Of a DNA stretch of 64,000 nt, positions 11,245-22,990 are shown in pieces. The DNA lies in assembly GCF_009834535.1 (NCBI RefSeq), contig NC_045713.1, positions 14,694,001 through 14,758,000 on the forward strand. Reading direction: 5' to 3'. Both the position numbers and the translations under genes were made by a program. Every line of letters begins with the position of its first letter. The first letter of the stretch is position 1. Source of the DNA: Camelus ferus (Eukaryota). The notes beneath the pieces are model-generated. The model had not been told where the DNA came from. It saw only the letters and a program-made list of their open reading frames with translations, and made no database searches.

Positions 11245-12262
11245 GGTCCTCAACTTTGGCTATGAATTGGCATCATTTGGGGGGGTTTAGAAACCACTAT
11301 ATCAAAACCACAGCAAGTTTTGATAATGGCCCTAAAATGGTGCTGATATTGAAATGCTCAGCCCAGAATTACCTATATTGAATTAATTACACTTCCCAAA
11401 TCTTTTTCTTTCTATTGAAATTAAAATTCTAATAAACGAGAAAAAAAACCCACAATGAGNNNNNNNNNNNNNNNNNNNNNNNNNNNNNNNNNNNNNNNNN
11501 NNNNNNNNNNNNNNNNNNNNNNNNNNNNNNNNNNNNNNNNNNNNNNNNNNNNNNNNNNNNNNNNNNNNNNNNNNNNNNNNNNNNNNNNNNNNNNTATTAT
11601 AGTTCCTCAAAAAACTAAACAGAATTACCATGTGATTTCCACATCTCATTATATACATGCAGAAATTGAAAGCAGGACTCAANNNNNNNNNNNNNNNNNN
11701 NNNNNNNNNNNNNNNNNNNNNNNNNNNNNNNNNNNNNNNNNNNNNNNNNNNNNNNNNNNNNNNNNNNNNNNNNNNNNNNNNNNNNNNNNNNNNNNNNNNN
11801 NNNNNNNNNNNNNNNNNNNNNNNNNNNNNNNNNNNNNNNNNNNNNNNNNNNNNNNNNNNNNNNNNNNNNNNNNNNNNNNNNNNNNNNNNNNNNNNNNNNN
11901 NNNNNNNNNNNNNNNNNNNNNNNNNNNNNNNNNNNNNNNNNNNGTCAAATTCGTAAAGACAGAAAGTAGAATGGTGGTTGCCAGGGGTTGTGGGAATGGG
12001 GAATGGGGAGTTAGTTGGTTAATGGCATGGAGATNNNNNNNNNNNNNNNNNNNNNNNNNNNNNNNNNNNNNNNNNNNNNNNNNNNNNNNNNNNNNNNNNN
12101 NNNNNNNNNNNNNNNNNNNNNNNNNNNNNNNNNNNNNNNNNNNNNNNNNNNNNNNNNNNNNNNNNNNNNNNNACCAGAAAAAAAACTTAAAAAGATTTGA
12201 TGCCTGGGTCGTACTCCTGAAGATTCAGATTTAATTTGTCTCCGGGGTGATTGTAACATCCA
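11245..12262 (+). mobile_element. L1MB-like fragment (~11440-12175, largely N) lying between two MER5A-like halves
   Basis: Visible L1 text (gtcaaattcgtaaagacagaaagtagaatggtggttgccagggg). MER5-like ggtcctcaactttggct.. before it and tgatgcctggg..gattcagatttaatt.. after it. Confidence 0.6.
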
Positions 12263-12611
12263 GCCTCTTCCCTCCCCTCCTCTCCCCTCCCCTCCCCTGC
12301 CTGCTGGGCTTAGCAGCTCCACTCTGGAAAGTGCTTCCGTCCCTGTGGCCACAAGCACTTTTGCTGGAACAGTTTTCATGAGGCGAATTGCATAGGACAC
12401 GGTCTGTTACGGAAGTCTCTTAGGAAGCAGTGTTCACTCCTTCCAGTCTTCAACCCATGTTCCCATTCTCCCTACACAAATCCAGAAAGGCCTTAGGAAG
12501 CTGCAGGAGATGGGGGGAGCCTAGGGAGGAGTCACAGACCCGGGGTTGGGTCTGCCTCCCCCAGTGTTTCCTGCAGGACACTCAAGGAATCATCAGGGAG
12601 CCTCTTGGTAC

Positions 12612-12634
12612 CTGTGCAGGGTGACTCCGATGTC
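12612..12634 (-). CDS. MEFV: MEFV exon 6 (23 nt, DIGVTLH)
   Basis: tcctag|gacatcggagtcaccctgcacag|gtacca; the 23-nt micro-exon typical of TRIM genes. Confidence 0.9.
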
Positions 12635-13014
12635 CTAGGAGAGAAAAGAGAATTTCTCCATTACCAGTCTCCTCCAGCCCCAGAGTGTTAGCAAAAAGGG
12701 GTTCCTCAGTTCTAATCCTAATCTCCGGAGGTGGTAGCCCGGCCAGGGGCCTACAACACAACTGTACCCAAACTCTGCTGCTCTCTCCTGGGAGATGCCA
12801 GGGGAATCCCCTAGATACTGGACCACTCTGGGCTCCTGAGAGCTCACTGAAGGGGTCTGGGCACAAGAGGCATTGTGGGTCACCAAGACCATGTCCACCA
12901 CCAGCCCTAAGGGACTCACCCACTGGCTTGGGCAGAGCTGATGGCAGTGCTGGGAGCCCATGTCATCTCACTGGGCATGGCGGACAGGGGAAGGCCAGGC
13001 CCAGCCACACTCAC

Positions 13015-13245
13015 CTTCATTAGTTCCCATTCTGGCTGGCACTGCTTGGCCTCCAGCTCCCCAATCAGCTCATCAAGAAGGGCGATGTCCCTGGATACTC
13101 GGGTGCCATATGTCTCCCTGACCTGGCCAATGGTCTGTCCCAGCTCCTCCAGCCAGGCCACAAAGAGCTGCTCCTGCTGCTCTAAAAACTGGCACAACTG
13201 TTCCAACTGGTTCTGGACTCTCTGCTTCTGAGTTTCAGTTTGTTT
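13015..13245 (-). CDS. MEFV: MEFV exon 5 (231 nt, coiled-coil)
   Basis: KQTETQKQRVQNQLEQLCQFLEQQEQLFVAWLEELGQ..EAKQCQPEWELMK; AG/GT flanks. Confidence 0.95.
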
Positions 13246-13452
13246 CTGGGGAACAGAAGTCAGGGAGGTATAAGGTCTATGTGGTGAAGTGGATGTGTAT
13301 GCCCAGGGAGAGCCCCCCAGAAGTCTTCCTCCTGGAGGTGGATGAGAGGCAGACTTCCTCAGCTTCTTGGAGGCCTGAATTCCAGAGAAGGAGGCCAAAT
13401 AGGCCAAAACCTTCTAAAATAGGTTGGCTCTTAGAAAATGCCCTAAACCTGG

Positions 13453-13800
13453 TATTATGGGTTGAACTGTATCCCCTCCAAAATGTATATGTTAGAGTCC
13501 TAACCCCAGTACCCGAGAATATGATCTTGTTTGGAAATCGGATTGTTGCAGATGTAATGAGTTAAGATGAAGTCATAGTGGAGTGGCGAAATCTGGACAC
13601 AGATACACACACAGGGAGAATGCCATGTGAAGAGACACAGGGAAAAGGTAGATTCCTACAAGCTGAAGAGAGAGGCCTGGAACATCCTTCCCTCACGGCC
13701 CTCAGAAGGAGCCAGCTCTGCCAAGCCCTTGCCTCGATTTCTGTGGTTTAAGCCACCCAGTTTATGGTACTTAATTTGGGCAGCCACAGAAACTAAGATA
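13453..13800 (+). mobile_element. MLT1 (MaLR) solo LTR
   Basis: tattatgggttgaactgtatcccctccaaa..gttgcagatgtaat..ccctcacggccctcagaagga..gcagccacagaaactaagatac. Confidence 0.85.
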
Positions 13801-14199
13801 CCTGGTGTCACCTTCTCCCCTTGAAAGCCAGCGTGAGGATGGCATATGTCTGGGGTTGTAAATGGACAAGGTTATGACCACACAGTCTCCAGGAGGGAGA
13901 CTTCTCTCCACTCCACCACGGAGTCTCAATATGGCCCCGACTAGGGGCAGTCAGTCCACTTCTTTAAATGCAGGTGAACTTGACTTTCACTGCTCCTGCA
14001 CGTCAGCCGTTACCTCTTCTGTCACCCTCTTTCTCGTTGTCACTGAAAAGCTTCTGGGGACATTTTAAGTGGCTCTAGGGCACCTTTCCTTCCTTCAAGG
14101 AGGGAGAGGGCCCTTCAGATCCATTAAGACTGGGCATAAGAAATCTCATTTTTGGCTTAAATGGACAGGACTAAGTTTTTAGTTCTTTTGAACCAGAAA

Positions 14200-14715
14200 T
14201 GTCTCCCCACCTTTTATTGTGTTTGATGGCAGTAACATTGACTTTTTTTTTTTTTAAAGAGGGCTGGTCAGTTGTCTTGTTCAATAGCTTATATTCTAAA
14301 AGTGTCTGATAATTTTGCTCATGATTAAATTCAGGATAAACATTTTGGGCAAGAATACCATATACCTAATGCTGTGGACTTTTTAGCACATTCCATTGGG
14401 AGGCAAAGACTGTCCAGTTTGCTGTCACCATTATTGTGATACTAGGACAGATCACTTGGTTAAGGAGGGGTCTACCAGATATCGCCACTGTAAAGCTACA
14501 GTATTTACTTTGCAATTACTAAGTAATTTGGGGGAATGAAACTTGTAAATATCCTGTTCTCTAAAGTCTTTCTCTAAAAATTTAGCATCTGTTGAACCCT
14601 GACAGTGTCAGTTGTGTAGTGGAAATTTTCTAATTCAATTACTCTTCTATACTTGTTTTAGCTGGCATTATGCTATAAAGAAGAGCTTTCTCTACCCCTT
14701 GCCTATGATTAAAAT
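14200..14715 (-). mobile_element. Old L1 (L1MC-like) 3' fragment
   Basis: tcatgattaaattcaggataaacattttgggcaagaatacca.. wording. Boundaries approximate. Confidence 0.55.
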
Positions 14716-15697
14716 TTTTTTTTGATTATTGAAAAAAGGAGGAGGAGAAAGAGAATTCCTGAAAACAGCATCTCCTTTTCACAGGGGCCAACATCACTGT
14801 GAGTATCTTAAGGGAAGGCTGGACCCTCGTGTCTCCCTGGGTTTCCCTAAGCAGCCCAGGCTCCTGCCTTCCACCTCCTTGGGGAGCATCCCTGACCTCT
14901 GCTCTAAGCCACCTGGGATTATTGGAAAGGGTTTTTATTTTACTACAATTCAGGAGTTTCCCAAAGTCGGACACTTGGACCAATGCCACCCCCTCCCATC
15001 TGCCCTTTGTTATCTTCGCCTGTTTCCCATTGCAGTGTGGTAGGTCCCCATAAAAGTTTGGAACTCAGAGAGGGAGAAGAGATCCAATCAACACAAATTC
15101 AATAGACAAATCCAGGCTCTGCGGGGTAGGCTCCTTCCCATGCAGGGAAAACAGAAGCAACTTAACGCATCCAAGAGTCTGGACAACAGCTTAACAGGAA
15201 GGCTGCTAAGGTGTACTTATTCAAATGTAGTTTTGCAATACCAGAGTTTAAAGAAAATGTCTACTTTAACCATCTGAATTTTAAACATCAATATGGTTTT
15301 TGTAAAAAAAGAAGACAATGGACAAAACAATTATAAAAACAATACAGACAAGTATTTAAAGTTGAAGAGTCTCTCCTCCTCTTTCCTCAGTCCCATTCTT
15401 CAAACACAGCTGTTGGCATTAGTTTCTCTAAACCACTTTGTGGTGAGTGTAAGAAAGTGTGATAGGGTCCTTGGAGATGCCCCTTCTTGCTGTGGGTGGT
15501 CTCCCTCTCCAGGAACAAGCTTGTCCCAGGACACCTGTTATCTCCCTGCCCCACAAGAGCAGATGATTCTAAATACATGACCAGCTCTGCTTCCCTATGA
15601 ACCAGTATAGAATCTCAGTACTGATCACTTTCAGCTCTCTCCCTCCTGCAGGGGTGAACCCAGGCAAGGTCTGGCTACAGAACAGCCCTAGCCTTAC

Positions 15698-15793
15698 CAG
15701 GAAGTTCTCTGTCTTCTTATCTCCCTGGGATCTCTGCTTCTCCCCAGATTTTCTCAACTCCTTCAGATGCTCCAGCTGCTTCTGAATTTGCTC
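15698..15793 (-). CDS. MEFV: MEFV exon 4 (96 nt)
   Basis: EQIQKQLEHLKELRKSGEKQRSQGDKKTENFL; ccag acceptor, gtaagg donor. Confidence 0.94.
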
Positions 15794-16226
15794 CTGGAAA
15801 AAAGAACACTCATTGAAGTTTCAACTTGGCTCCTGCTATCTTTAGTTGGTGTCAACTCTAAAGGGGAAAATTTGCTTCAGAGAATAAAGCTGAGGGCGCT
15901 GCAGCCAAAAGCACAGGGAGGGGTCCCTAGAAAGAGGAAGAATGTATCTATCACACCAAGGGAAGCAGAGCCAAGAGGCAGTGAGATTTCTAACGACCTC
16001 TATGAGTACCCGGATTCAGCCATACCTGAAGTCAGATTCCCCTAGACCTCCAAGCTACATGAACCAGTAAATCCCTCTTTGCTGGCTTCGTTTGTATTGT
16101 GTTTGCCATTTACAACCCAAGAACACTGGCTAATGCACCAACCTCCCAGGGTTGTTGGGAAAATGAAGCAGGCCCCGGTGTGTTCAAGTGCCCAGCAGAG
16201 AAGTGCCCCAATGCAGGAAGTCCTAC

Positions 16227-16606
16227 CTTGTATTCCAGGGCGGCCTCCTCAATGGGGCGTACCCGGTGACCTTGGTGCTCCTGACTCAGCCTGCAGATGA
16301 GGCAGATAGGTTCCCCGTGGTCCTCGCAGAAGAGCAACTGCACTTGCTTCATGTGACGCTTACACTGTGGCAGGGACTTGGGACTCAGGCCGGCCATCTG
16401 CAGGCCTTCCTGCTGCTCACAACTTCCATAACTCTTCCCTGGGTGCAAGTCCTGGCACCGAGGGCAGCTGGGTGAGCAGCCGCATGAGGGCTCAGGATCC
16501 CCGGAAGCAATAGAGCAGTTGCAGGAGTTGTGCACACAGCTGCCACCAACAGGGTCTCCTTCCTGGGCGCGGCAAAGGGGACACACAGCCTTGTTCTGCA
16601 GCCTCC
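16227..16606 (-). CDS. MEFV: MEFV exon 3 (380 nt, B-box zinc finger)
   Basis: ..CKRHMKQVQLLFCEDHGEPICLICRLSQEHQGHRVRPIEEAALEYK; phase 1 to 0. Confidence 0.95.
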
Positions 16607-17184
16607 CTGGGGATATAGCAGTGGAAAAAAATCTGAGTGACAAACTCAAGTTGTTACCAAGGAACGCTACAAAACACATTAGAGAGAGAGAAGCCATGCC
16701 TGGGACACGTGAGTTCTCAGATTGAGGCCTCTTCCTAACTTGTCCTCCCCTGACTTCCCTCCAGTGAGGCAGCAGAGGAGCCACTGGGACTGAGAACTAG
16801 GGGCTAGATCTCATGACAGTCCTGAGACTTGGAATTCTTGGGCCTAAAGAAAGGCCTTTGGCTATAAATCCTATGCCTTCCCCCTGCACATAATGCTGAC
16901 CTAGCAGGTGATAGAAAGACAGCGGGACATTCTGACTGGTGTTTGCTTTGTCACTTAAAACCACCCAGACCGCCCATAGCTTGAGTAGAGCTCCCAGGGG
17001 ATGATAACTTGCTCATGGCTGGAACCTCAGCCTGTAGCAGAATCCCTGGTATGTGGTAAGTGTTTGGGTAAAGTGTTAAATGAAGGCACAGAGGGGCCAC
17101 TGTTCACATCCAGGTTCAGAAAGCATTAAGTGACTTTACAAGGTTGAAGGCAACCCTGTGTTGTCAGATGATGGTTAACATTTT

Positions 17185-17358
17185 TTAGCAATAAAGTATT
17201 TTTAAATTAAGGTATGTATGCTTTTTAGGATATAATGCTATTGCACACTTAATATAGATTACAGTATAGTGTAAACCAAAAAGTTCATAACTTGGTTTAT
17301 TGCAATATTCACTTTGTTGTGGTGGTCCTGCAATATCTCTGAGGTTGGCCTGTACATT
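17185..17358 (+). mobile_element. Tigger1-like DNA transposon 3' end
   Basis: ttagcaataaagtatttttaaattaaggtatg..gctattgcacacttaat..tacagtatagtgtaaac..caatatctctgaggttggcctgTA. Confidence 0.8.
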
Positions 17359-18110
17359 CTGGCCAAGAAGATAAATGGAGGCATCATGAGCAGCATCTAA
17401 AAACTTCTGAAAACCTTTCCTAAGTGGCTTTTCTCCTTTGTCCCTCCATCCTGCTGCCTGGAACAAGGAGGCTACCATCAGAGACCATGACCTTGAGAGC
17501 AAACTCTCTGGAGCAGAAAAACCGCAGGAGCTTGGGTTCCTGGCTATGCACGGGGTGCCACATTTGTCCTGGACCACCTGTGTGTCACTTGTGGGAAAGA
17601 GAAACAAACTTCTTTCTTGTTTCATTTATGTTATTTGGCATTTCTGTCAACCTGTCACATCCTAATTTCTGCCTCTTTAGTAAAAGAGACCTAGGATTTT
17701 AGCCAACAGCTCCCTACCCGCCCCACCCCTGCCCAGAGAGAGGCAAACAGCAGAATCTCAGCTCCATGACATACTGCCATGGGGTACTGTGAGAAGGTGA
17801 TACCCAGCCTTTCCCAGATGCTCAACCTGGGCTCCATGAAGCCCTTGGGAATTCCAAAGGAGGACTTCAGAGTATCTAAGAAATAACTCACTGAAATGTA
17901 TGCAACATTCTGTGAAGATGTGCATATATGCATTTTTTTTTTCAGGATACAAGGCCTACATCAGATTCTCAAAGGGTTGAGGACCTCAAAGGGCACCCAG
18001 ACATCCAGTGAAATAAATACAGTGGGGATAAAAGCAGATTTGTGGGGGAAACCTGCATAGGTCATCATTCCTAAGGAAGCCAGGTCTTCTAGATTCTGAG
18101 ATCCTCTTAC

Positions 18111-18935
18111 CTGAAGACGGATAGTCTTCTGGATCTGAAGGCTCGTGGAGCACACCGCCTACCACCTCCTCCAAGGTCTTAGAGGTCTCTGGAGCCTCAA
18201 TTCCATTCTTCTCTGAACATACTGTGGATTCTGGATGCTCCCAGGTCTTCTTTCCAGCCAATGATACATTGGAAAGTGTATTCCTGAGTGCTCCTCCTTC
18301 CAGGGTCATGGGATGTTGTGGATTCTTGGATCCTCTCTCTGGAGCCCCAGTAGCCCCTACAGTCAGAATGGCCACTTCACGGGGAGTGGCTGCTGAGCCT
18401 GGATTCTCACTTCTCATTTTATCTTGAAGCAGAAGAATTTCTGGATTGAGAAATTCTGTCTCTACTGGAGAAATGGCAAATTCAAGACTTTTGGGTCGCT
18501 TCTTTCCGGAAGGTGAATATGCCTCAGATGTTCTCAATTCTCTCCTTCCCAGGGACCCACTGGAGAGTCCCTGGAGCCTTCCCGCAGAGCTGGCATTCCT
18601 GCGTAGCCTGACGCTGGAATCGCTCCCCTTCTCCCCCTGAGGCTTGCTGGGGAATGGGCCTCTCTTGGAAGACAGAGTCATGTTCCTGGCCCCTGGCTTG
18701 CCCTGCACATCCAGGACCTCAGTGCCTTTCAGGTCTCTCCGTTTTCCCTGAGGCTTCTTCTGGGGCCCCCTACCAGCCTCGGGCTGGATGGATGGTGGGC
18801 AGCCAGCCATATCACCACTTTGTCGCTGCTTGTCCCCTTCCAGGCCATCTGGTATCTTCAGGCTCTTGGGCTTAATCTCCGCAGAGGAATAAGGCATGGC
18901 TGAGCTGTCTGTGCCACCTTCTTGCATCTGATACT
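18111..18935 (-). CDS. MEFV: MEFV exon 2 (825 nt, linker with 14-3-3 phospho-sites)
   Basis: Open frame EYQMQEGG..RLRRNASSAGRLQG..KRPKSLE..EDYPSS; ttttcag acceptor, gtaaga donor; phase 1 to 1. Confidence 0.93.
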
Positions 18936-20340
18936 CTGAAAAGACAGTGAGATGAGAAGGCATGAAAATGTCCGGTGCTCAGGATCAAGGTTTAGGGCAA
19001 GAGAGAGGGGAGAATCCTCTCAGAAATTAGAGAAGTTCAGGACAGACTAGACAACAGTGGTCATTACCATTAAATAAGAACACACTCATTATTTGCTATC
19101 TTATTTCTGAAATAGCACTTTTCAAACTTTTCTGGCAGGAGAACTTGTTACCAATATAAGGTCTTACATGGAATTCTTAATATGTAAAATGAGTGAAAAC
19201 TCTAGTTTATTGGTATACATTTGTGTGTGATTATAGGTGTATGAAACTCAACCAATAAAGATCAGCAGAAAAATTGGAGATCAGGGGTTATGAAGGACAG
19301 TTAAAACTTCAGGAAATAATTTCTTTTGGCTGTTTTTTTCTTTGGTTTCATGAGATGAAGAAAACCCTAACTCACGCAGATAAGTGTAATGGTGATTAAA
19401 AAAACTTGCCTGGAAATTTCAGGATACTGTTTAACTAAACAGAAATGACAGGAAAGACTGAATTCCAAGGCCTACATAAAAAGGAGTTTTAGTATATAAC
19501 ATGAACTATCACACTGATAGCCTCAAATATTTAAAAATTTGGTATATGATACATTTTAATATGAATGCTACTTTAATTAAGTTAAAAATTAATAAAATTT
19601 GAATCAAATATTTGTTAACATTCTAAAGAATCCCTGAGATATCTTCCTGGGATAAACTTTGAAAACCACTACTCTAATAAAGAAATGAAGATAACCTATA
19701 ATTAACACCTTAATTTTTGGTGTGAAAAAGCCCTTATTAAAATTACTTTAAAGTTGCTTTAAACACTTTGCTGTTGGCTTTCTAGGAAGACAGAAGTTAC
19801 AAAACTGGCTCAAGAACTGGTGAGAAACCCTGAAGATGTTAATAGCCAGATTTTAAAATACCAAAAATTAATTTAAAAATTCTACTCATCAGATTACACC
19901 AGACTCAGATTACGGTTTAACTTTATCACTCTTCCAAAGGCAGAGACTTTTTATGGTGTGTAAACTCTTCTGCCTTATAGAAAAACATGGAAAGCATTCC
20001 TAATGTATTCATTTCCCCCCCTAATGTATTCTTAAAGTCTAGAAATAGAAGAGAAATTCAAACATCAAAGAATAGTTTTTTAAACTGATCACATATTAGC
20101 CCCCCACAAAGCTCCCCCAAAAGTCTTTAAAAGCAGAGATCACATAGGCCACATTCTTTGATCACAATGTAGTAAAGTCAGAAAGTAACAGCAAAAGGGC
20201 AGCAGAAGAAGATCAGGAAGGAAAAAAGGAAAGAAAAGAAGGAGGAGGGAGAGACAGGATGGAGAGAAAGAAAGAAAAAGAGGAAAGGAAGGAAGGAAAA
20301 GAAAGTAGAAAGTCCTTTTGAGAATTTTAAAATACCTTTG

Positions 20341-20475
20341 TGGGGGAGGGTATAGCTCAGTGGTAGAGCGCATGCTTAGCATGCATGAGGTCCTGGGTTC
20401 AATCCCCAGAACCTCCATTAAAAAAAGTAATAATAAATAAATACACCTAGTTGCCTCCTTCCCCTCAAAAAAATT
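20341..20475 (+). mobile_element. tRNA-Ala-derived SINE (Vic-1-like) in MEFV intron 1
   Basis: ggggagggtatagctcagtggtagagcgcatgcttagcatgcatgaggtcctgggttcaatccccagaacctcca plus the family tail aataaatacacctagttgcctcc..aaaa. Confidence 0.92.
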
Positions 20476-20946
20476 TAAAGAACACTTGTAACAGGTGCTA
20501 AAGAAGGACTCAAAACTGAAGTCAGGCGGATAACAATGAGATTACCCATCAGCCCTGTTAATATGAGTGGTGGGCAAGTGCTTCTTGCTCACCCTAAGTT
20601 ACTCGTCTGTAGGTAAGTGTTAATCACAAACGAAGTGAGGAATTCTCTGCCAACAGGCACCCAGCTCCTGCCTCTCTTGATCCTACCCCATAGTGAGAAC
20701 CTCAGCCTTTTGGTTTTTTTTTTTTTTTTAAGCCTTTGGGAGCCTTAGTTTTACCCCAGCTCCAAAGACCAGAGAAGGGGAAAAGACTTGCTTGGCTTAA
20801 GTCACTAGGATTGTGGCGGACCTGGGACTCCTCACCTCCAAGTCAGGATGCACTGGTCTGAACACACGTTCCCCCTTGCACCTTCCACCCCACTCCATGA
20901 ACAGCGAGTGGTCACACTGGGAGAGGAGGGGCATGAGGTCGCTTAC

Positions 20947-21223
20947 CTGGGACAACGGCCCTGTGGAGCTCCTCTGCCAGGAGGTGCTGGTTGATGGCTC
21001 TCAGGACCTGCAGGGTCAGTCGCACGGCATACTCTTCCCCATAGTGGGTGACCAGCAGAGTGGCCAGCTTCACTGGCTTGGCTGTCTGGAGTTGGCCCCG
21101 GGGGATCCGGGAGTGTTCCCTCTCCAGGCTGGTGTTCTGCAGCTTGAACTTGAACTTCTCAAAGTCATAGGGCACCAGCTCTTCCAGGGAGTACAGCAGA
21201 TGGTCACTACGGGTCTTGGCCAT
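20947..21223 (-). CDS. MEFV: MEFV exon 1 (277 nt, PYRIN domain)
   Basis: MAKTRSDHLLYSLEELVPYDFEKFKFKLQNTSLEREHSRIPRGQLQTAKPVKLATLLVTHYGEEYAVRLTLQVLRAINQHLLAEELHRAVVP; gtaagc donor. An extra in-frame ATG sits at 21224-21226. Spliced CDS 2013 nt = 670 aa. Confidence 0.97.
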
Positions 21224-22179
21224 CATGTTGACCAAGAGAGGCTGGAGACATCTGTCTGGCTTCTGAGGGGAGCAAAAGCACTTTGGGAACAAAGGCTCTT
21301 TGTCCTGGAGCCCAGAGGGTGAGTGAGACGAGGCAGCTTGTGAAATAACGGAAAAGGCACAGGAAATGTTCTGTGTTTTCATAGGAACTGAGACTCAGGT
21401 TGTGAGTGTTTCATTGCTGGCTTATGTTCTTTTTCACAGATTCAGAGTTTTCCACCTGGGAGGGCTCAATTCCTTGCCAGACACGTGGTCGTTCAGCACC
21501 CCAGCTCTCAGTGACCCAGGCTGGACTGCAGACTTCTTTGTCTGGGATTGGAATCCAGATTCTTGATCTTTGGGCAGGCAATCATATGATTCCCTCACTC
21601 CTCCCAGGATACAGGGATGTACCGGGAGGAACGGAGCCCCTGGTCCCATGGAGAGGACCATGATGAGGGTCAGCCCCTCTGGCCAACTGTTCTCCTCCAG
21701 ACTCTTGGGGTTTTATTGACCCTCTGGAGTCAATGACAGGGGAATGGGGAGCAGCAAATACAGCCCTGCAAGCTTTGCCCTTCCCTGCCCAAAAAGGCAG
21801 GTGAAGCCAGAAGGACACTGCCAGGAGACATCCCTGGTGTCGCCCCTGTACAAGTAGCTCCAGTCTGGTACTCACAGCAACACGAAGACCTCAGAATGCC
21901 ATGCCTAGGACCACCATCCTGATTTGTTTGTCCCAGCGCCAACTCTGCCACAGCTTACTGGGAGCAGACTCTGGAGGGAGAGCGCTCATCCATGCACATT
22001 TACTGAACACATATTCTGGACACTCCAGCCAGGATGCTGGAGAAACAAGGGTGCCAAAGGCATAGGCGTTCTTCGGAGCTCACAGCTTAGTGTGAGGCCC
22101 CAGTGGTGGCTCCAAAGCTAATGGATGTTGTATGGGGGGAGCTGACTTCTTTCTCCATTAACTGCCCTGTCTTTCTGCT

Positions 22180-22990
22180 ACGTTGATTTTGACCCTCAAC
22201 TTTTTGTTTTGAAAAGTTTCAAACCCACAGCCAAGATGAGAGCAGAGTACAATGAACACTTAAATACCCTTTACCTTGGTTTGCCAACCATTTATATTGT
22301 ATAATGTTTAGTGATTCTCTTTCTCTCTCTCACATGCACGTACACGTGGACACACTTCTTTGTTTTTTCTGAAGAATTTGGAAATAAATTGAAAACATAT
22401 CAGATATCACTCCAAATACCTTAGATACCCTACATAATAAGGATACAAGAATATTATTTTAAATACTCACAATACTGTTATCACATTCAGGAAATTTAAT
22501 ATTACAACACTGCAGTCAGTCCATAATCAAATTCTGCAATTGTCCTGATAATGTCTTTGATAGCTTTTTTTTAAACCCCCAATCCAGGATCCAATCAGAG
22601 ATCATGCATTACTTTCGGTTGTCATGTCTCTGTAGTCTCTTTTTATCTAGAACACTTTCACATCCCCCTTACCTTTTAAAATTCTTTCAAGACATTAATG
22701 TTTTTGAAAAGTCTGTTCCAAGCAGAATGTCCCTCAGCTTAGACTTGTGTGATTGTTTCCTCATTATTGGCCTGAGGGTACATCCACGTATCTTTGAGAT
22801 CTCTCCATTGTAAAAGGTCATTTTTTTCTGTATAATAAGTAACCTGGGTGTGTGGAAATGCCCTGTTCTCTCACAGTCTTTCCTCCCATGGTTTCATTCA
22901 TTGATGATCCTTTCCTAAATCAGTTGCTACAATGGTGGTTGCAAAATGGTGGTATTTCTATCACTTAGTTGGCATCATTTATGTATCCTG
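22180..22990 (-). mobile_element. Old L1 (L1MC-like) fragment
   Basis: ccaatccaggatccaatc..atgcattactttcggttgtcatgtctct.. wording. Confidence 0.6.

Noticed and set aside
11383-12400. Long ORFs containing X runs
   Set aside because: Artefacts of translating through N bases in an L1 fragment.
20215-20310. Purine-rich GA tract; also (CCTCC)n at ~12270-12300 and (CAAAAAA)n at ~31605-31628
   Set aside because: Ordinary low-complexity simple repeats.
20341-20416. Possible tRNA-Ala(AGC) gene
   Set aside because: The acceptor stem is mismatched, and it carries the SINE family tail and poly-A. At least five related copies occur in the window, so it is a tRNA-derived SINE.
21330-21480. Possible C/EBP, ETS and NF-kB sites in the MEFV proximal promoter
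   Set aside because: Short motifs (gtgaaataa, aggaaatg) are plausible but cannot be told from chance without an alignment.
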